DNA of 64,000 nucleotides, taken from IMG/VR virus record IMGVR_UViG_3300002180_000002; one strand, written 5' to 3'. The number at the start of each line of letters is the position of its first letter. Positions within the stretch are counted from its first letter, which is position 1. The notes under the pieces were generated by a model, which was not told where the DNA came from, ran no database searches, and saw only the letters and a program-made list of their open reading frames with translations. A program made the translations under genes and the position numbers. Of this stretch, positions 29,001 through 38,464 are shown piece after piece. Origin of the DNA: a virus.

Positions 29001-30671
29001 AGAGGTAATGTTGATTTAGATATAGACACCGAAGCCCTTAATAAAGGTAAAGGTACTCTAAGAACAACAGCTCATGGTAGTCAAAAAATCAGAACTAAGA
29101 ACTCAAAGCCTATTATGGCAGTTCCTACCACTTTTTTAATGAAAAAGCATATTACCGACACTTCTCATTATGTTGCATTTGGTGAAATACACCAAACAAT
29201 GACTAAGTTAATAGCTGATAAAAAATTAACTGATGCTATTGATGTTACTAATCCTCTTACAGGTGATCTAGCTGTTAAGTTTCTTAAATTTTATAAAGAA
29301 AGTATCTTAGAAAAAGGACTTCATAGAGGTTATCCTATAGTTAATTCGATTGCTAAGAATATAAATAAAGCTACTCTTGCATTAAAAACAAAAATTGGTA
29401 TTACCCAAACTATATCTATTTTAAATGCTTCTGTTGATATGCCAAGTGGGTTAAGCCCTAATAAGTTTTTAGGATATTATGCTGACTTCCCTAAACTTAT
29501 AGAATCTTATAAATACGTCGTTAATAATTCTGAATACATTAAAAGAAGATATGGGAAAGAAGGATTCGACCAAGCTATAACAGGTCTTTCAACACTTATT
29601 GAAACTCCTATGTTTAGTACTGGAAATAATACTGTTGACGCTAGAAGAAAGCAAATAGCTAGATTTTACAAAGAAGCACTTGATAATGCTATGATTAATG
29701 TACGTTTTGGTGATAAAGTTGGTGTAATGGGCGCATTACCAGTTTATAATGCGTACTACGATAGATACAAAAAAAGATATTCCGAAGAAGTTGCTAGAGA
29801 AAAAGCAATGAAACAATTTGAAGACGCTGTAGATAGATCACAACAAACTATATCTACTTTCGGGAAAAGTGAACTTCAAAATGACCCTATAGGAAGGTAT
29901 TTTGCCATGTTTGCAACCGCGCCTATTCAAAATCAGCAAAACGCGATGTACCACTTCAATGAAATGCGTAGAGGTATTAAGGGTAAGGGTATGAAAGGAA
30001 CTTATTTGAAAAATGCTTATGGTTTTTTAAACTACCAATTTGCACAACCTATGCTGTACACATATATTGCTAATATGATGGCAGGTAGCATATTTAAAGC
30101 ACTTGGAGCAGGAGAAGAAGAACCTGATGATACTGATAAATCTATGTTGAGTGCATTTATTTTAGGTAACACAACAGCTATTCCTTTTATTGGTGGAGCT
30201 ATGCAAGGAACGGTTGAGAAGTTTATTCTTGGAATGGATAAATCATACGGCGAAATAGTTTCCAGTGCTTTATTAAGTAATTCTTCTGAATTTATGAAGA
30301 AATTTTACGAGATTGCAGATGCAAAGTCTAAAAAAGAAGAAGTTGCTAAAACCGAAGAAATGATTCAAGAGGTTAGTAGACTTTTAATTGGGTTTCCTAC
30401 CATCGTTTCAGAAGCTATTTTTGATTGGGATGATATTTACTGGAATGATGATGTAGATAATTGGGTGAAATTCTATAAAGCACTAGGATATAGTGATTAT
30501 ACTATTGTTAAATCTCGAAGACAAAGAAAAACGAGAGTGCAAAGTGATAAATTGAAAGAAGCTGAAAAAAGAGAATGGGAAAATTCTATAATTCGATGGG
30601 AAAAACAGAATAAACAGAAAAAAACAGAGCCACTTTTTAAGTTGCTCCCTGAACAGAAAAAACGGAAATAA
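23019..30671 (+). CDS. giant multidomain virion protein (2550 aa) with internal GNAT-like segment and HExxH motif
   Basis: Uninterrupted 7.65-kb ORF. Contains QRGQGSARK...LYEEVGFV (about 25567-25885), HEFGH (27207-27221), long coiled-coil-like K/E-rich stretches, and hydrophobic segments near the C-terminus. Confidence 0.6.
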   Translation: MDELEKLYNGLIESGDYTKSFEDFKSKYSTDENITSLYNGLNSTGDYTKSKDEFVNKYFSTPVKKKGDTIETSGVSESVGSLPQTKSASSELPSNQGASINSSTAPTVANLNNGKTNSDIPFFQPIPKELQGDNKENIDLLNELENITLSEDELAGIEEEYNKQKGGDFGFLGNIKKAITSTPAFGIKKNPFFNPNSVTPKSKEELTEKLLNEKRTEFISNLDKGKKEKLTDLVKVKNFRADLKRENLEVELDNIDENLFKIKENVEAIDAEILSIENQKTALKTKVKNEGLTPQDENSYNSLIDAQQKFLKERNNAVEGSESIFTNRIEKINQLEDNIENLGSMEQELDLLKRNYGFFDNVKGRAGIGFADMFANVKYQYDRQILRSKRKNIKNLLEARENLFTKGLNTSAIDKELPAEYRVRTFQYDSEEFDIETENEFNKLLSSNFTNKRIVDEQRDKLRSNISVDDINSFGDVINFTVDGLSDNTATIAQLAIPYFGQSLFLINQQAGSELDLKGENKDKKERLNEIEKIFDNDSGSIVNFSDLGEEERNLLLSEQDRISKSLDNLNDTQIFFASSSMAISELAFSRLFGEAKRIKIGKRILQNAGKEELKREVNRATVNMFKDRLSSLKKGGIAVLKDGAEEGFLDEFLTNFTHNGIRKFYLEDESVGLFDNSIDAIAGGLSVGTVMSASPRIGGSFISHFSDRKKRNAVYSNVKEITELQNQLSTNIDIDADLAGLMQNKINNLISKNKEIIGRTIESFDNLDPIDKERILTISNEMAGLEISFDKLTNKKNKTSSEKTLLSEIGDRMNILNEEKGQILDQPVFESTVSEQTKEFADAIGEQEDISQFVTGATKVKIGNTDVILGEKEGVINIESISTPKNQRGQGSARKAIQEITELADEKGKDLRLNVVPLDNTTTEKGLIKLYEEVGFVKDKDFDKDDGGIMMRKPETTDTDTKKGLDNIDTVIDEAETSIENEAIPKLKESAENLSFDEWKNESKKWDDYTDKLSDKVQSFEKGELGLSKRTPEFLEAKKEFDNAFRQQQKFNKSTPKGFGRRKFQEKIDKANQKKKEQKSTTEFETNLNTYSVEVVNGELQIKSKLGDVKPSVSEIKKITEKYVSETNFDKGKRADFSKKENLSPEQISQVVVEESQNPQEVAQQIISVQDSNQDSEKTLEVSKQGAISQALNGVQINKESFSKVDDANNISSVNPHYFSPLHKTLKGKAGNIDAIRESAQELTGEDISLEDITNFIKEFNNPKDFSQSETSNTSDLEDKFKDLTGLKPTPKNIEKVAGKKTESKQKTEGEEDSEIPFQTESTQTRLAGSELISLIDRLKKTGLANDVKVLSNNQIITLLNKIGVENTQQQNINGFVHDGIVYLNRSKVKKDTPIHEFGHLWNSFAKENHKDVFNKGIEIIKDTEYHEAVKNNPAYKNLNEEAQLEEALAQAIGEKGVKILNESKKTKFASWFKALFTKIAKGLGIRSFNANQLANLTLDKYTNLVSGEILSGKQITNKNKKTEKSRQDTSDITSIEVVMAEAIASQNASKILRQQINNKKAIDKAVKDALVKFIRDQIKSKRFNALKKGEFSKILTAVKTTKTKNDLLKQLKKVDDLLDRLDSEIINDNINNILDRKLTKIESGRQKANLLTEEESIILKTVKSNIKGLQSTKKPTQKKYNAITEKLAKLFDNRDEIQLKTEPSREDVLNEEAINISIDVLMGYRSALNSDTKKFLLSSLEQIESIYNQGRSQLISAKEAKANEYKDYRDELVEDTNPDELVQKKRKEQVDSNREGVKADFARLYFNITKRKLIGSMDRLATVLSRKGAGNRNDSAWVQFTNLLKRAETLKERRIGSLSKSITNIQKRFFGSRYKADKMLNTREKLDIILPDPTLEEGQEPLTTQTDFTYDEMLSVWLNAKNEDNLSGLEANGFTEDVIKKIDDILPESVKEYGKWQVEEFYEDSWEDENEVYKRMNFHTLPKSENYAGKLYRGNVDLDIDTEALNKGKGTLRTTAHGSQKIRTKNSKPIMAVPTTFLMKKHITDTSHYVAFGEIHQTMTKLIADKKLTDAIDVTNPLTGDLAVKFLKFYKESILEKGLHRGYPIVNSIAKNINKATLALKTKIGITQTISILNASVDMPSGLSPNKFLGYYADFPKLIESYKYVVNNSEYIKRRYGKEGFDQAITGLSTLIETPMFSTGNNTVDARRKQIARFYKEALDNAMINVRFGDKVGVMGALPVYNAYYDRYKKRYSEEVAREKAMKQFEDAVDRSQQTISTFGKSELQNDPIGRYFAMFATAPIQNQQNAMYHFNEMRRGIKGKGMKGTYLKNAYGFLNYQFAQPMLYTYIANMMAGSIFKALGAGEEEPDDTDKSMLSAFILGNTTAIPFIGGAMQGTVEKFILGMDKSYGEIVSSALLSNSSEFMKKFYEIADAKSKKEEVAKTEEMIQEVSRLLIGFPTIVSEAIFDWDDIYWNDDVDNWVKFYKALGYSDYTIVKSRRQRKTRVQSDKLKEAEKREWENSIIRWEKQNKQKKTEPLFKLLPEQKKRK

Positions 30672-31024
30672 TGATTGATTTTGACTACAAGCAGAGATTG
30701 GAAGACCATATTTCTGCATTAATAAGTGCGTATGATAAACAAATACTTCTCCTAAATAGAGATTTAGCTAAAAAAGAAGTTAAAGACAATGAACCTGACA
30801 AAGAAGAACTTAAAATTACGGATGCTCAAGTAAAAAGTTTTTCAGAAGGAATTGCTAAGTCAGCAGAAACAGCTAATACTTTACTAAGAGACATTAAATC
30901 TAAAATTCAAGAGCTTGACGAACTAGAGAAAAAAGAAGATGAAAAATCTTCTGATAAAGTTAAAAAACCTCAACAAAAAGAAGATGAAACTTCTAATAAT
31001 CCTATGAACGATAACGTATCATAA
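30671..31024 (+). CDS. small acidic coiled-coil protein (possible small terminase subunit)
   Basis: 117-aa ORF with ATGA/TAATG coupling to both neighbours, directly upstream of TerL. Assigned by position only. Confidence 0.3.
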   Translation: MIDFDYKQRLEDHISALISAYDKQILLLNRDLAKKEVKDNEPDKEELKITDAQVKSFSEGIAKSAETANTLLRDIKSKIQELDELEKKEDEKSSDKVKKPQQKEDETSNNPMNDNVS

Positions 31025-33357
31025 TGGAAAGAGACACTAGCTATAGAGGAAGAATTGGAGAAAAGGTAAAAATAGAATCTATTATACCTAAATCTACTTA
31101 CGATAAAAAGAATAAAGAACATTCTTGGGAATATCGAGAATATCCTGAATTCAATGATAATTTCGTTTGTATATCTCAAGACGGAACTCTTGGGGATATT
31201 TGGAAAGTAGGAGATTATTTAATTGGCTTACCTAATCACTCACTACAAGGTTTACGAATAAAACAAAGTGGAACTGAAATCACAAAAAATTATTTTGATA
31301 AAAAAATAGTAAATAAAGATGTTGAACCTAATGAAGCAAAATGGGTAAGAAAACCACCTCCTATAGAATTCAAAAGACTTTGGAATTGGTATAAACGCGA
31401 AATGAAGCGTAATAAAAGTGGAGTTGGTAGAACTAAAGTTAAAAAAGATTTTCTTACTAAAAGACAAGAACTTTATAATGAGTTTAACGAATTTATTCGT
31501 GATGAATATTTTAAACGAAAATTTGGAATGTTCATTAAAATCGATAACGAAACCCATTATATCACAGGAGCTAATTGGATGTTTCTGCAACATTATTACT
31601 TAACAGAATCAAATATATTTCCTTTATTTCGTGTTACAGCTATGGAAACATGGTGGCACTGGGAAGCGTGTAAGGCTGATACCCGTGTATGGGGTGAAAT
31701 TAGAGGTAAAGCACGTAGAACAAGTTGGTCTGTTGAATCAGCAAGTTTAGCACTTGACGAACTTACAATCACTAAATATGCAGAGATTCCTATTGTTTCT
31801 GAAAGAAAAGACCTTGCTAAAAAATTATTTACTGGTAAAATAGTAAATTCCTTTAATTACTATCCTTTATATTTTAAACCTGTTATTGATCTTCCGAATG
31901 AAGAAGTGAAAAGTAGTTTGCAAATTACTTTTGAGACAGATGATATGGAAATATCCACTATCGATTATTACCCTACAAAGACAACTGCATACGATAGTTT
32001 GAAGGTAAAATATTTCTCGATAAATGATGAAATAGGAAAATGGGAAGATGCAAGTCTTACTGATTTCATCACTAGGCACATGAGGTGTCATACAGAAGGA
32101 GGTGCTACTGGAAGATTTGGAAGTACGGCAGGAGAATACAAAAAAGGTGGAGGAAAAGAATTTAAAGATGAATTTGAAAAAGCTGATATAACACAAAGAA
32201 ATAAGCTTGGAAGAACTCAAAACGGTCTAGCTTCTTTATTTATAGATGTTTGCTATACAATGACCCAACCTATAAGTTATTTTGATGAATGGGGTTATTC
32301 TATTGTCTATGACCCTAAAGAGCCTATTAAAAATGAAATAGGTAAAATAGTTGAACATGGGGCTATAACAGATTGGCAAATTACTTTTGATACATATAAA
32401 AAATTAGACGACAAAAAAAGTTTAAATGCTTTTCTTCGAGATATGCCTAGAACTCCTGAACACATGTTTAGAAATGAAGGAGGAGTAAATAATGATTTTG
32501 AAATTGATAATTTAAACAATCATGTAGATCATTTAGATAAGTACACTCCTGATATGTTAAATGAAAGAATCATTTATAGAGGAAACTTAGCTTGGTCTGC
32601 TGAACCTTACAATTCAAATGTAGTTTGGAAACCAAATCCAAAAGGTAGATTTCACACAACATGGATTCCTGACCCTGACAAACAAAATAAACATTCAATA
32701 AAATTATTTTACGGAAGAAAACTACAAACACCTGATAATCAAGGTATTGGATGCTTTGGAGTTGATAGTTATGATATTATAGGAAATACAGGAGACGGTA
32801 ATGGTTCAGATGGAGCTATTGCAGGATATACTAACTTTAATATGGCAGGTGCGCCCTCACATTCTTTCTTTTTAAAATATAAAGAAAGACCTAATAAAAG
32901 GGATGATTTTTACGATGATGTAATTATGGCTTGTCAGTTTTGGGGTTTTAATGCTTTAATTGAAAGTAACAAAGCAAGGCTTCTTGAGTATATGTATGAT
33001 AAAGGATTTACAGGATATGTTCTGCGTCGTCAAGATAAACCTTACAATAAATTAACTGATGCTGAACAAAAGTGGGGAGGAATCCCAAGTTCTACGCCAG
33101 TAATAGAAGATCAAATGAATCTATTAAAAAATTATATATTTGATAACGTAGGAATTAATTTAGAAGACGATTGTAAAGTTTGGTTTATTGATTTAATCCA
33201 AGAATGGATTGACATTAATCCTAACAAACGTAAGCTATTTGATTTAGGAGTTGCTTCGGGTATGGCTATCATGGGCGCTCAATATAAAGTAAAAAAAAGA
33301 AAGTCTGTTGAAATATCTCAAAAAGGAGGTTTAGCAATGTCTGACTTTTCAGCTTAA
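31024..33357 (+). CDS. terL: terminase large subunit
   Basis: IRGKARRTSWS (Walker A-like) and YFSINDEIGKW (Walker B hhhDE). Nuclease-type acidic motifs GCFGVDSYD and GSDGAIAG. Confidence 0.65.
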   Translation: MERDTSYRGRIGEKVKIESIIPKSTYDKKNKEHSWEYREYPEFNDNFVCISQDGTLGDIWKVGDYLIGLPNHSLQGLRIKQSGTEITKNYFDKKIVNKDVEPNEAKWVRKPPPIEFKRLWNWYKREMKRNKSGVGRTKVKKDFLTKRQELYNEFNEFIRDEYFKRKFGMFIKIDNETHYITGANWMFLQHYYLTESNIFPLFRVTAMETWWHWEACKADTRVWGEIRGKARRTSWSVESASLALDELTITKYAEIPIVSERKDLAKKLFTGKIVNSFNYYPLYFKPVIDLPNEEVKSSLQITFETDDMEISTIDYYPTKTTAYDSLKVKYFSINDEIGKWEDASLTDFITRHMRCHTEGGATGRFGSTAGEYKKGGGKEFKDEFEKADITQRNKLGRTQNGLASLFIDVCYTMTQPISYFDEWGYSIVYDPKEPIKNEIGKIVEHGAITDWQITFDTYKKLDDKKSLNAFLRDMPRTPEHMFRNEGGVNNDFEIDNLNNHVDHLDKYTPDMLNERIIYRGNLAWSAEPYNSNVVWKPNPKGRFHTTWIPDPDKQNKHSIKLFYGRKLQTPDNQGIGCFGVDSYDIIGNTGDGNGSDGAIAGYTNFNMAGAPSHSFFLKYKERPNKRDDFYDDVIMACQFWGFNALIESNKARLLEYMYDKGFTGYVLRRQDKPYNKLTDAEQKWGGIPSSTPVIEDQMNLLKNYIFDNVGINLEDDCKVWFIDLIQEWIDINPNKRKLFDLGVASGMAIMGAQYKVKKRKSVEISQKGGLAMSDFSA

Positions 33358-33397
33358 CATATTACCTATAAAGAATATCAATAATGTTTTTTTAAAC

Positions 33398-33405
33398 TAT
33401 TTTTG
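33398..33405 (+). promoter_or_regulatory. -7 promoter element (TAttTTTG)
   Basis: Perfect TAnnTTTG ending 4 nt before the ATG at 33410. Confidence 0.35.
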
Positions 33406-33409
33406 AATT

Positions 33410-35827
33410 ATGCTTGAAAATAATAAAATATTCCCTGACGATTTAGCTCCTAATCATATAAAAAATGGTTACGCTTGGGGAAAAGAGGTAGCCGAAGCAA
33501 TAACTTCGCAATGGTGGGGAGGTAATTTATACCAACGTAGAAATTGGATCAATAAAATGAGACAATATTCACGGGGAGAACAAAGCACCGATCCTTATAA
33601 AAAAATAATAGAAGGTAGTTCAAAGCGTAGTCAAGGAGGTGATGGTTCAAACCCTCATTTTAAAACTCATAAGATTGATTATTTGCCATTAAAAATAATG
33701 CCAAACTTCAAAAATATTCTTGTTAATGCTATTGACGAAAGCTTATTTAAACCAAAAGCCGAAGCGATTGACATAACGGCTGTAGATAAAAAACGTAATT
33801 TTTTCAAAAAACTAGAAGATAATTTTTACACTAAAGACTTTGCTTCAATTATTCAATCGGGTACAGGGGTGAATATGAGAATAGATGATCTTCCTGAAAC
33901 AGAAGATGAATTAAAAATAAAAAAGCTTGAATATAAACCTCTTATTGAAATAGCAAATGAAGTTGCTATAGAAAGCGTTATTCAAGCGGAAAAATTTGAA
34001 GCCGTTAAAGATAAGATTGATAAAGACTTGTTTGATTTAGGAGTTGGTGTTATGCGCCACTTCACAGACCCTACAGAAGGTATAAAACTAAAATATGTTG
34101 ATCCTAATGGGTGGATTCATAATGATTTTCAAGATGAAGACGGAAAAGATATTCGTTATCATGGAGTTATTTTAAAAGCAACAATATCAGAAATTGAAAA
34201 ACAAGCAAAAAGACCATTAACTCAAGACGAGCTTGATAGTTTAAAGAAGCTATCTTTGAATACTACAGAAACTATTGATCCTTATTCGGCTGACATGGAT
34301 GGAAATAGGTTAGTGGAGTATATTCATTTCTCATATTTAACACGTAAACAAAGTATTTATAAAAAAGCATATAAAAACGGAAGCTTTAAAGCTATTGACA
34401 AAACTAATGATGATAAAGAATATAACCCTCCAAAAGCAAGTAAGCGATTTGACATTCCTTACAAAGTTTGGTATGAAGGTATTTATATTCCAACTGCTGA
34501 TATTTTAGTTTCTTGGGATGAAATGGAAAATCAGGTTGTTGATAATGTTGGAGAACCTGTAAGCCCATTTATTATTTATGCTCCTAACGTTAAGAATCTT
34601 TCGGAAGAAGGATATGTTAGATTTGATAGTTTAGTCGAAAGAGCTATTCCAATTATAGACGACATTCACAAAGATTTTTATAAATTTCAACAACTTAAAA
34701 TGGAGCTTCGCCCACAAAGTATTGAAATCGATGTGGATGCTATTAATGAAGTTTCTCTTAATGGTGTGCCTGTATCTCCCAAAGATATACTTGATTTATT
34801 TTTCGGACGTGGTGTGCTTCTTAAAAAGAGATATTCAGAAGATGGTGATGAAATTGGAAAGGCTGTTACCGAAACAGGAAATGATGGCGTAACAAACGCT
34901 ATGGTTTTCTTGTCAAAAGAGTTTACAGCAAGCTACGACAAATTACGTCAATTAATAGGTATTAACGAATTAAGAGATGGAACAACAGTACCTAACTCAA
35001 AAACTGCTGTAGCTGTTCAAAAAATACTTCTTGCTAGTTCAAATAACGCTACAAATCATATTGTTAAAGGTAGTTTTGCTATGTCTTTAAAAATGTGTGA
35101 ATGTGTTTCGTATAGATTAAAAGATATACTGGACGATGAAGATTTAAAAGAACAATTTATAAGTAAAATAGGTACTGATAATATTGAAATTCTCGATGAA
35201 ATCAAAAATATCACTGCACATACTTTCGCTATATACTTTGATTTCAAACCTGATAATGAAGAACGTTTAGCTTTTGAACAATCACTTATAGATTCTAAAG
35301 CTTCTAATGAAATAAACGTTGCTCAATATAATAAATCGCGTCAAATTAGAAACACTAAGAGCGCTATTAAATATCTTGAGTTTGTTGTTGAACAAAATGT
35401 TAAAAAAGCACAGGAATTAAAAAATCAAAGCATAAGAGTTCAAGCCGAAGCACAAGCTCAAACAACTGTTGTTTCTGAAAGAGCTAAACAAGAAACTCTA
35501 AGTGTTACTTGGAGTGTAAAGGAAAAAGAAATGTTATTAAAAGACAAATTAGAAACTGATATGTTGCTTAAAAAAGCTAAAATTCAAGAGCTTGGCAAAA
35601 AATTAGATCATGGTCGAAACCTTGAGGTTAAATCTATTGAAGGTCAAAATATAACAGCTAAAGAAGAATTTAAAGAAGACAGAAAGGACGAAAGAGTTGA
35701 TAAACAGGACACCAATGAATCTAAAAAAATATATCAAAGACAAAATCAAACTGAACCAATTAATTTCGAGAATGAATTAGATGATATATTTAAAGACAAT
35801 GAAATATTAGCTAATCAAGACAATTAA
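33410..35827 (+). CDS. putative portal protein
   Basis: 805-aa ORF adjacent to TerL. Assigned by size and position only. Confidence 0.45.
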   Translation: MLENNKIFPDDLAPNHIKNGYAWGKEVAEAITSQWWGGNLYQRRNWINKMRQYSRGEQSTDPYKKIIEGSSKRSQGGDGSNPHFKTHKIDYLPLKIMPNFKNILVNAIDESLFKPKAEAIDITAVDKKRNFFKKLEDNFYTKDFASIIQSGTGVNMRIDDLPETEDELKIKKLEYKPLIEIANEVAIESVIQAEKFEAVKDKIDKDLFDLGVGVMRHFTDPTEGIKLKYVDPNGWIHNDFQDEDGKDIRYHGVILKATISEIEKQAKRPLTQDELDSLKKLSLNTTETIDPYSADMDGNRLVEYIHFSYLTRKQSIYKKAYKNGSFKAIDKTNDDKEYNPPKASKRFDIPYKVWYEGIYIPTADILVSWDEMENQVVDNVGEPVSPFIIYAPNVKNLSEEGYVRFDSLVERAIPIIDDIHKDFYKFQQLKMELRPQSIEIDVDAINEVSLNGVPVSPKDILDLFFGRGVLLKKRYSEDGDEIGKAVTETGNDGVTNAMVFLSKEFTASYDKLRQLIGINELRDGTTVPNSKTAVAVQKILLASSNNATNHIVKGSFAMSLKMCECVSYRLKDILDDEDLKEQFISKIGTDNIEILDEIKNITAHTFAIYFDFKPDNEERLAFEQSLIDSKASNEINVAQYNKSRQIRNTKSAIKYLEFVVEQNVKKAQELKNQSIRVQAEAQAQTTVVSERAKQETLSVTWSVKEKEMLLKDKLETDMLLKKAKIQELGKKLDHGRNLEVKSIEGQNITAKEEFKEDRKDERVDKQDTNESKKIYQRQNQTEPINFENELDDIFKDNEILANQDN

Positions 35828-35842
35828 ATAGAGCTTAAGATT

Positions 35843-36202
35843 ATGACACCGCAATTTTACCCTATAGAAAATCAATATCAAGGAGATACTTTTGACGAGC
35901 TTTCTTTTCGCTTTTTTGATTCAGACACTAAAGAAGGTATTATTCTATCAGGAAATATAAAAATAGAATTATATTTTTATGGGGGATATGAATTTAATGA
36001 AATTAAAAAAACACTTACATTAGGTGATGGACTTACTATTACAGACGCTTCGGATGGGATTGTTCGGATAGATACTTTTAAGAATGATCTTGAAGCAGAT
36101 ACTTACCAATATGAAATAAAAATATTCTTCCCTAATGAAGAAGAAAAAACTTATGTAGCAGGAACTATGACGGTAGAAAATAGAAAATCAGTCAATGAGT
36201 AG
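35843..36202 (+). CDS. hypothetical virion-module protein
   Basis: 119-aa ORF overlapping the start of the fibre gene. Confidence 0.45.
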   Translation: MTPQFYPIENQYQGDTFDELSFRFFDSDTKEGIILSGNIKIELYFYGGYEFNEIKKTLTLGDGLTITDASDGIVRIDTFKNDLEADTYQYEIKIFFPNEEEKTYVAGTMTVENRKSVNE

Positions 36203-38393
36203 CACAAATGAACCAATAGGCGTTGAGGTATTTCCTTCCATTACTAATGTAACTGTTGAAGTTAAAAAAACTACAAAAGTTGTTGGAGTACAAGTTGGAT
36301 TCAATCCTGTTATCTTAAAACTTGGAGAAACCTCAACAACCGCTTATCGTGGCGACCATGGTTTAATTGCTTATCAACACGCTATTAATGATTTTCATAT
36401 TGGAGAAGCTCCTATTAACGGGAAATATTACGGAAGAATAAACGAAGGATGGTCTGAAATAGTAGTGAGTGGATTAACTTTGGGAGAAACTTCCTCAACT
36501 GCATATCGAGGTGATAGAGGAAAAATTGGGTACGATCATTCACTTATCATTACAGGAAACCCACATAATGTAACAAAAACAGAAGTTGGTTTAAATAAAG
36601 TTGATAATACTTCTGACGCAAATAAGCCTATATCTATAGCAACACAAACTGCTTTAAACCTAAAAATAGGTGATGCTCCCGCAGACGGAAAAGATTACGG
36701 TAGAAATAATAATGCTTGGGTTGAAATAGTTGGAGATTCATCGCCATTAACTACTAAAGGAGATTTATATACTTATAGTACTTTAAACGCTAGACTACCT
36801 GTAGGAGCTGATGATACATTTTTACAAGCTGACAGCACACAACCTACAGGGTTAAAATATACAGCACTTCCATTTGGTTCTTCTCTTACTCAAGCTATTG
36901 GAGATATTTTAGGAGTAAGTTTTGATGATGTAGAAAATGATTTAGCTTGGACTACTACATCTATATCGGGAGCTTCTGTCAGTATAGCAACCGAAGCTAT
37001 TACTATAAATGCAGATGGTGTTTTTTCTTTCATTGTTACTTTAAGAACAGCTAGTGATAACCGTACAGAATTATTTATAAAAACCTATATAGATACTGGT
37101 TCAGGATGGGTAGAAGATACCGATGCTGTTGTTTCTGATTACATATCAAGAGATACTGACCAAGATACAGGGGCAGTAACTCTTGTATATTCTTTTGATT
37201 TAAACGATGGAGATAAAATTAAGTTTACAGGATTTGGAGATACAGATGGAGCTTGTACAGGATTAAATGCGGGTACTGTTTTAATTATCAGAGAAGAAAC
37301 AGGTGTTAGAGGTGCTACAGGCGATACAGGAGCAGGAGGTGCTACAAGTGTTATTGGAACTCCTGCGCTAAACGAATTAGCTTTATTTCATTCTTCTACA
37401 GAAATAAAAAGCGATCCAAAACTTGCTTATTCTTCATCAGTACTTGTTGTAGAAAATACTACAGGAGGTGCTAATTTTGTTGTAAATGTAACTGATGGGT
37501 CTACTGCTAGCTTAAAAGCAGGCACAGGTCAAGCTCAACTTAAGTTTGACCAAACACTTCCGTTTGCTATAGCTAAAGATACTAAAGCCAATATTTTAGC
37601 AGGCACAGGTTCAGGTACTAATTTAATAGAACTTTTACCTGCTTCGGGTTATTTTGGTATAGGTATAACTCCTACAGAAGGATTTCATGTTGATTCTTCT
37701 CTTAATGCTAAGTTTGATGGATTCGTTTCAATGGGAGGTACTGCTATTAATACTAATACTTTATTACAAATAGCAAAAAACACTTTAAATCCTACAGTTA
37801 ATGCTTCGGGAGCTAACATTACTAGAACTCTACAAATGACCTCTAATAATGCTAGAAAAATAACTGGCGGTGTTTTTACTGCGGGTACTACTGTTTCAGC
37901 TTTTGATTCTACAGGCAGAATAGTTGGAGGGGAATTTACAGGTCAAACATCAGGAACAGGAGTTTATACTTATCTTGTTGGAGGTCAGTTTTTAGCATAC
38001 AATCAAAGCACAGGAACAGTTAATCAAGCTTACGCAGGTTGGTTTAAAATTCAAAATCTTGTTGTAGGAGGTACAATCACTAATGCTTATGGAGTGTTTA
38101 TTGAAAATTCTTTAAATAATGGCACTATAACTAATCTTTGGGGGGTTTATCAAAAAGAAGAAAATATTAAAAATCATTTTGCTAGCCCTATAGTAATAGG
38201 TTCAACAACCCTTACAACAGATGTAGGATTAGAGGTAGATAAATCTATAGGAGCGTTCTTACCTTCTCGAATGACTACTACTGAAAGAGACGCTTTAACA
38301 GCAACTAATGGTATGATTATTTACAATACTACTTTAAATGCTTTTAATTTTTATGAAAATGGGGCTTGGGTAACAGGTTCAGGATTAGCTTAA
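36195..38393 (+). CDS. tail fibre protein
   Basis: Duplicated LGETS(T/S)TAYRGD(H/R)G motif and VGLNKVDNTSDANKPIS fibre repeat. Gly/Thr-rich beta-like body. The end reads ...TTTERDALTATNGMIIYNTTLNAFNFYENGAWV. Confidence 0.75.
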   Translation: MSSTNEPIGVEVFPSITNVTVEVKKTTKVVGVQVGFNPVILKLGETSTTAYRGDHGLIAYQHAINDFHIGEAPINGKYYGRINEGWSEIVVSGLTLGETSSTAYRGDRGKIGYDHSLIITGNPHNVTKTEVGLNKVDNTSDANKPISIATQTALNLKIGDAPADGKDYGRNNNAWVEIVGDSSPLTTKGDLYTYSTLNARLPVGADDTFLQADSTQPTGLKYTALPFGSSLTQAIGDILGVSFDDVENDLAWTTTSISGASVSIATEAITINADGVFSFIVTLRTASDNRTELFIKTYIDTGSGWVEDTDAVVSDYISRDTDQDTGAVTLVYSFDLNDGDKIKFTGFGDTDGACTGLNAGTVLIIREETGVRGATGDTGAGGATSVIGTPALNELALFHSSTEIKSDPKLAYSSSVLVVENTTGGANFVVNVTDGSTASLKAGTGQAQLKFDQTLPFAIAKDTKANILAGTGSGTNLIELLPASGYFGIGITPTEGFHVDSSLNAKFDGFVSMGGTAINTNTLLQIAKNTLNPTVNASGANITRTLQMTSNNARKITGGVFTAGTTVSAFDSTGRIVGGEFTGQTSGTGVYTYLVGGQFLAYNQSTGTVNQAYAGWFKIQNLVVGGTITNAYGVFIENSLNNGTITNLWGVYQKEENIKNHFASPIVIGSTTLTTDVGLEVDKSIGAFLPSRMTTTERDALTATNGMIIYNTTLNAFNFYENGAWVTGSGLA

Positions 38394-38464
38394 TTTTATA
38401 TATTACTCAAATAAAAGGATTATTCTTCTTGTAAATAGTATTTTTGATATAAATCATTTTTATT

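Noticed and set aside
29013-29027. D-L-D-I-D string in the giant protein as an RNA polymerase catalytic DxDxD motif
   Set aside because: A five-residue string is expected by chance in 2550 aa, and I cannot recognise double-psi beta-barrel context by eye. It is mentioned only as something to test.
23387-31593. Many antisense and alternative-frame ORFs inside the giant gene, TerL and other large genes (for example 23387..23626, 24737..24991, 26672..27082, 30483..30719, 31252..31593). The same applies to 3955..4254, 10749..11387, 12454..12636, 17199..17444, 31867..32519, 42628..43541, 51131..51724 and 54120..54697.
   Set aside because: They are fully nested in long, well-supported ORFs. Their composition is Ser/Phe/Leu/Ile-rich, which is typical of antisense frames in AT-rich DNA.
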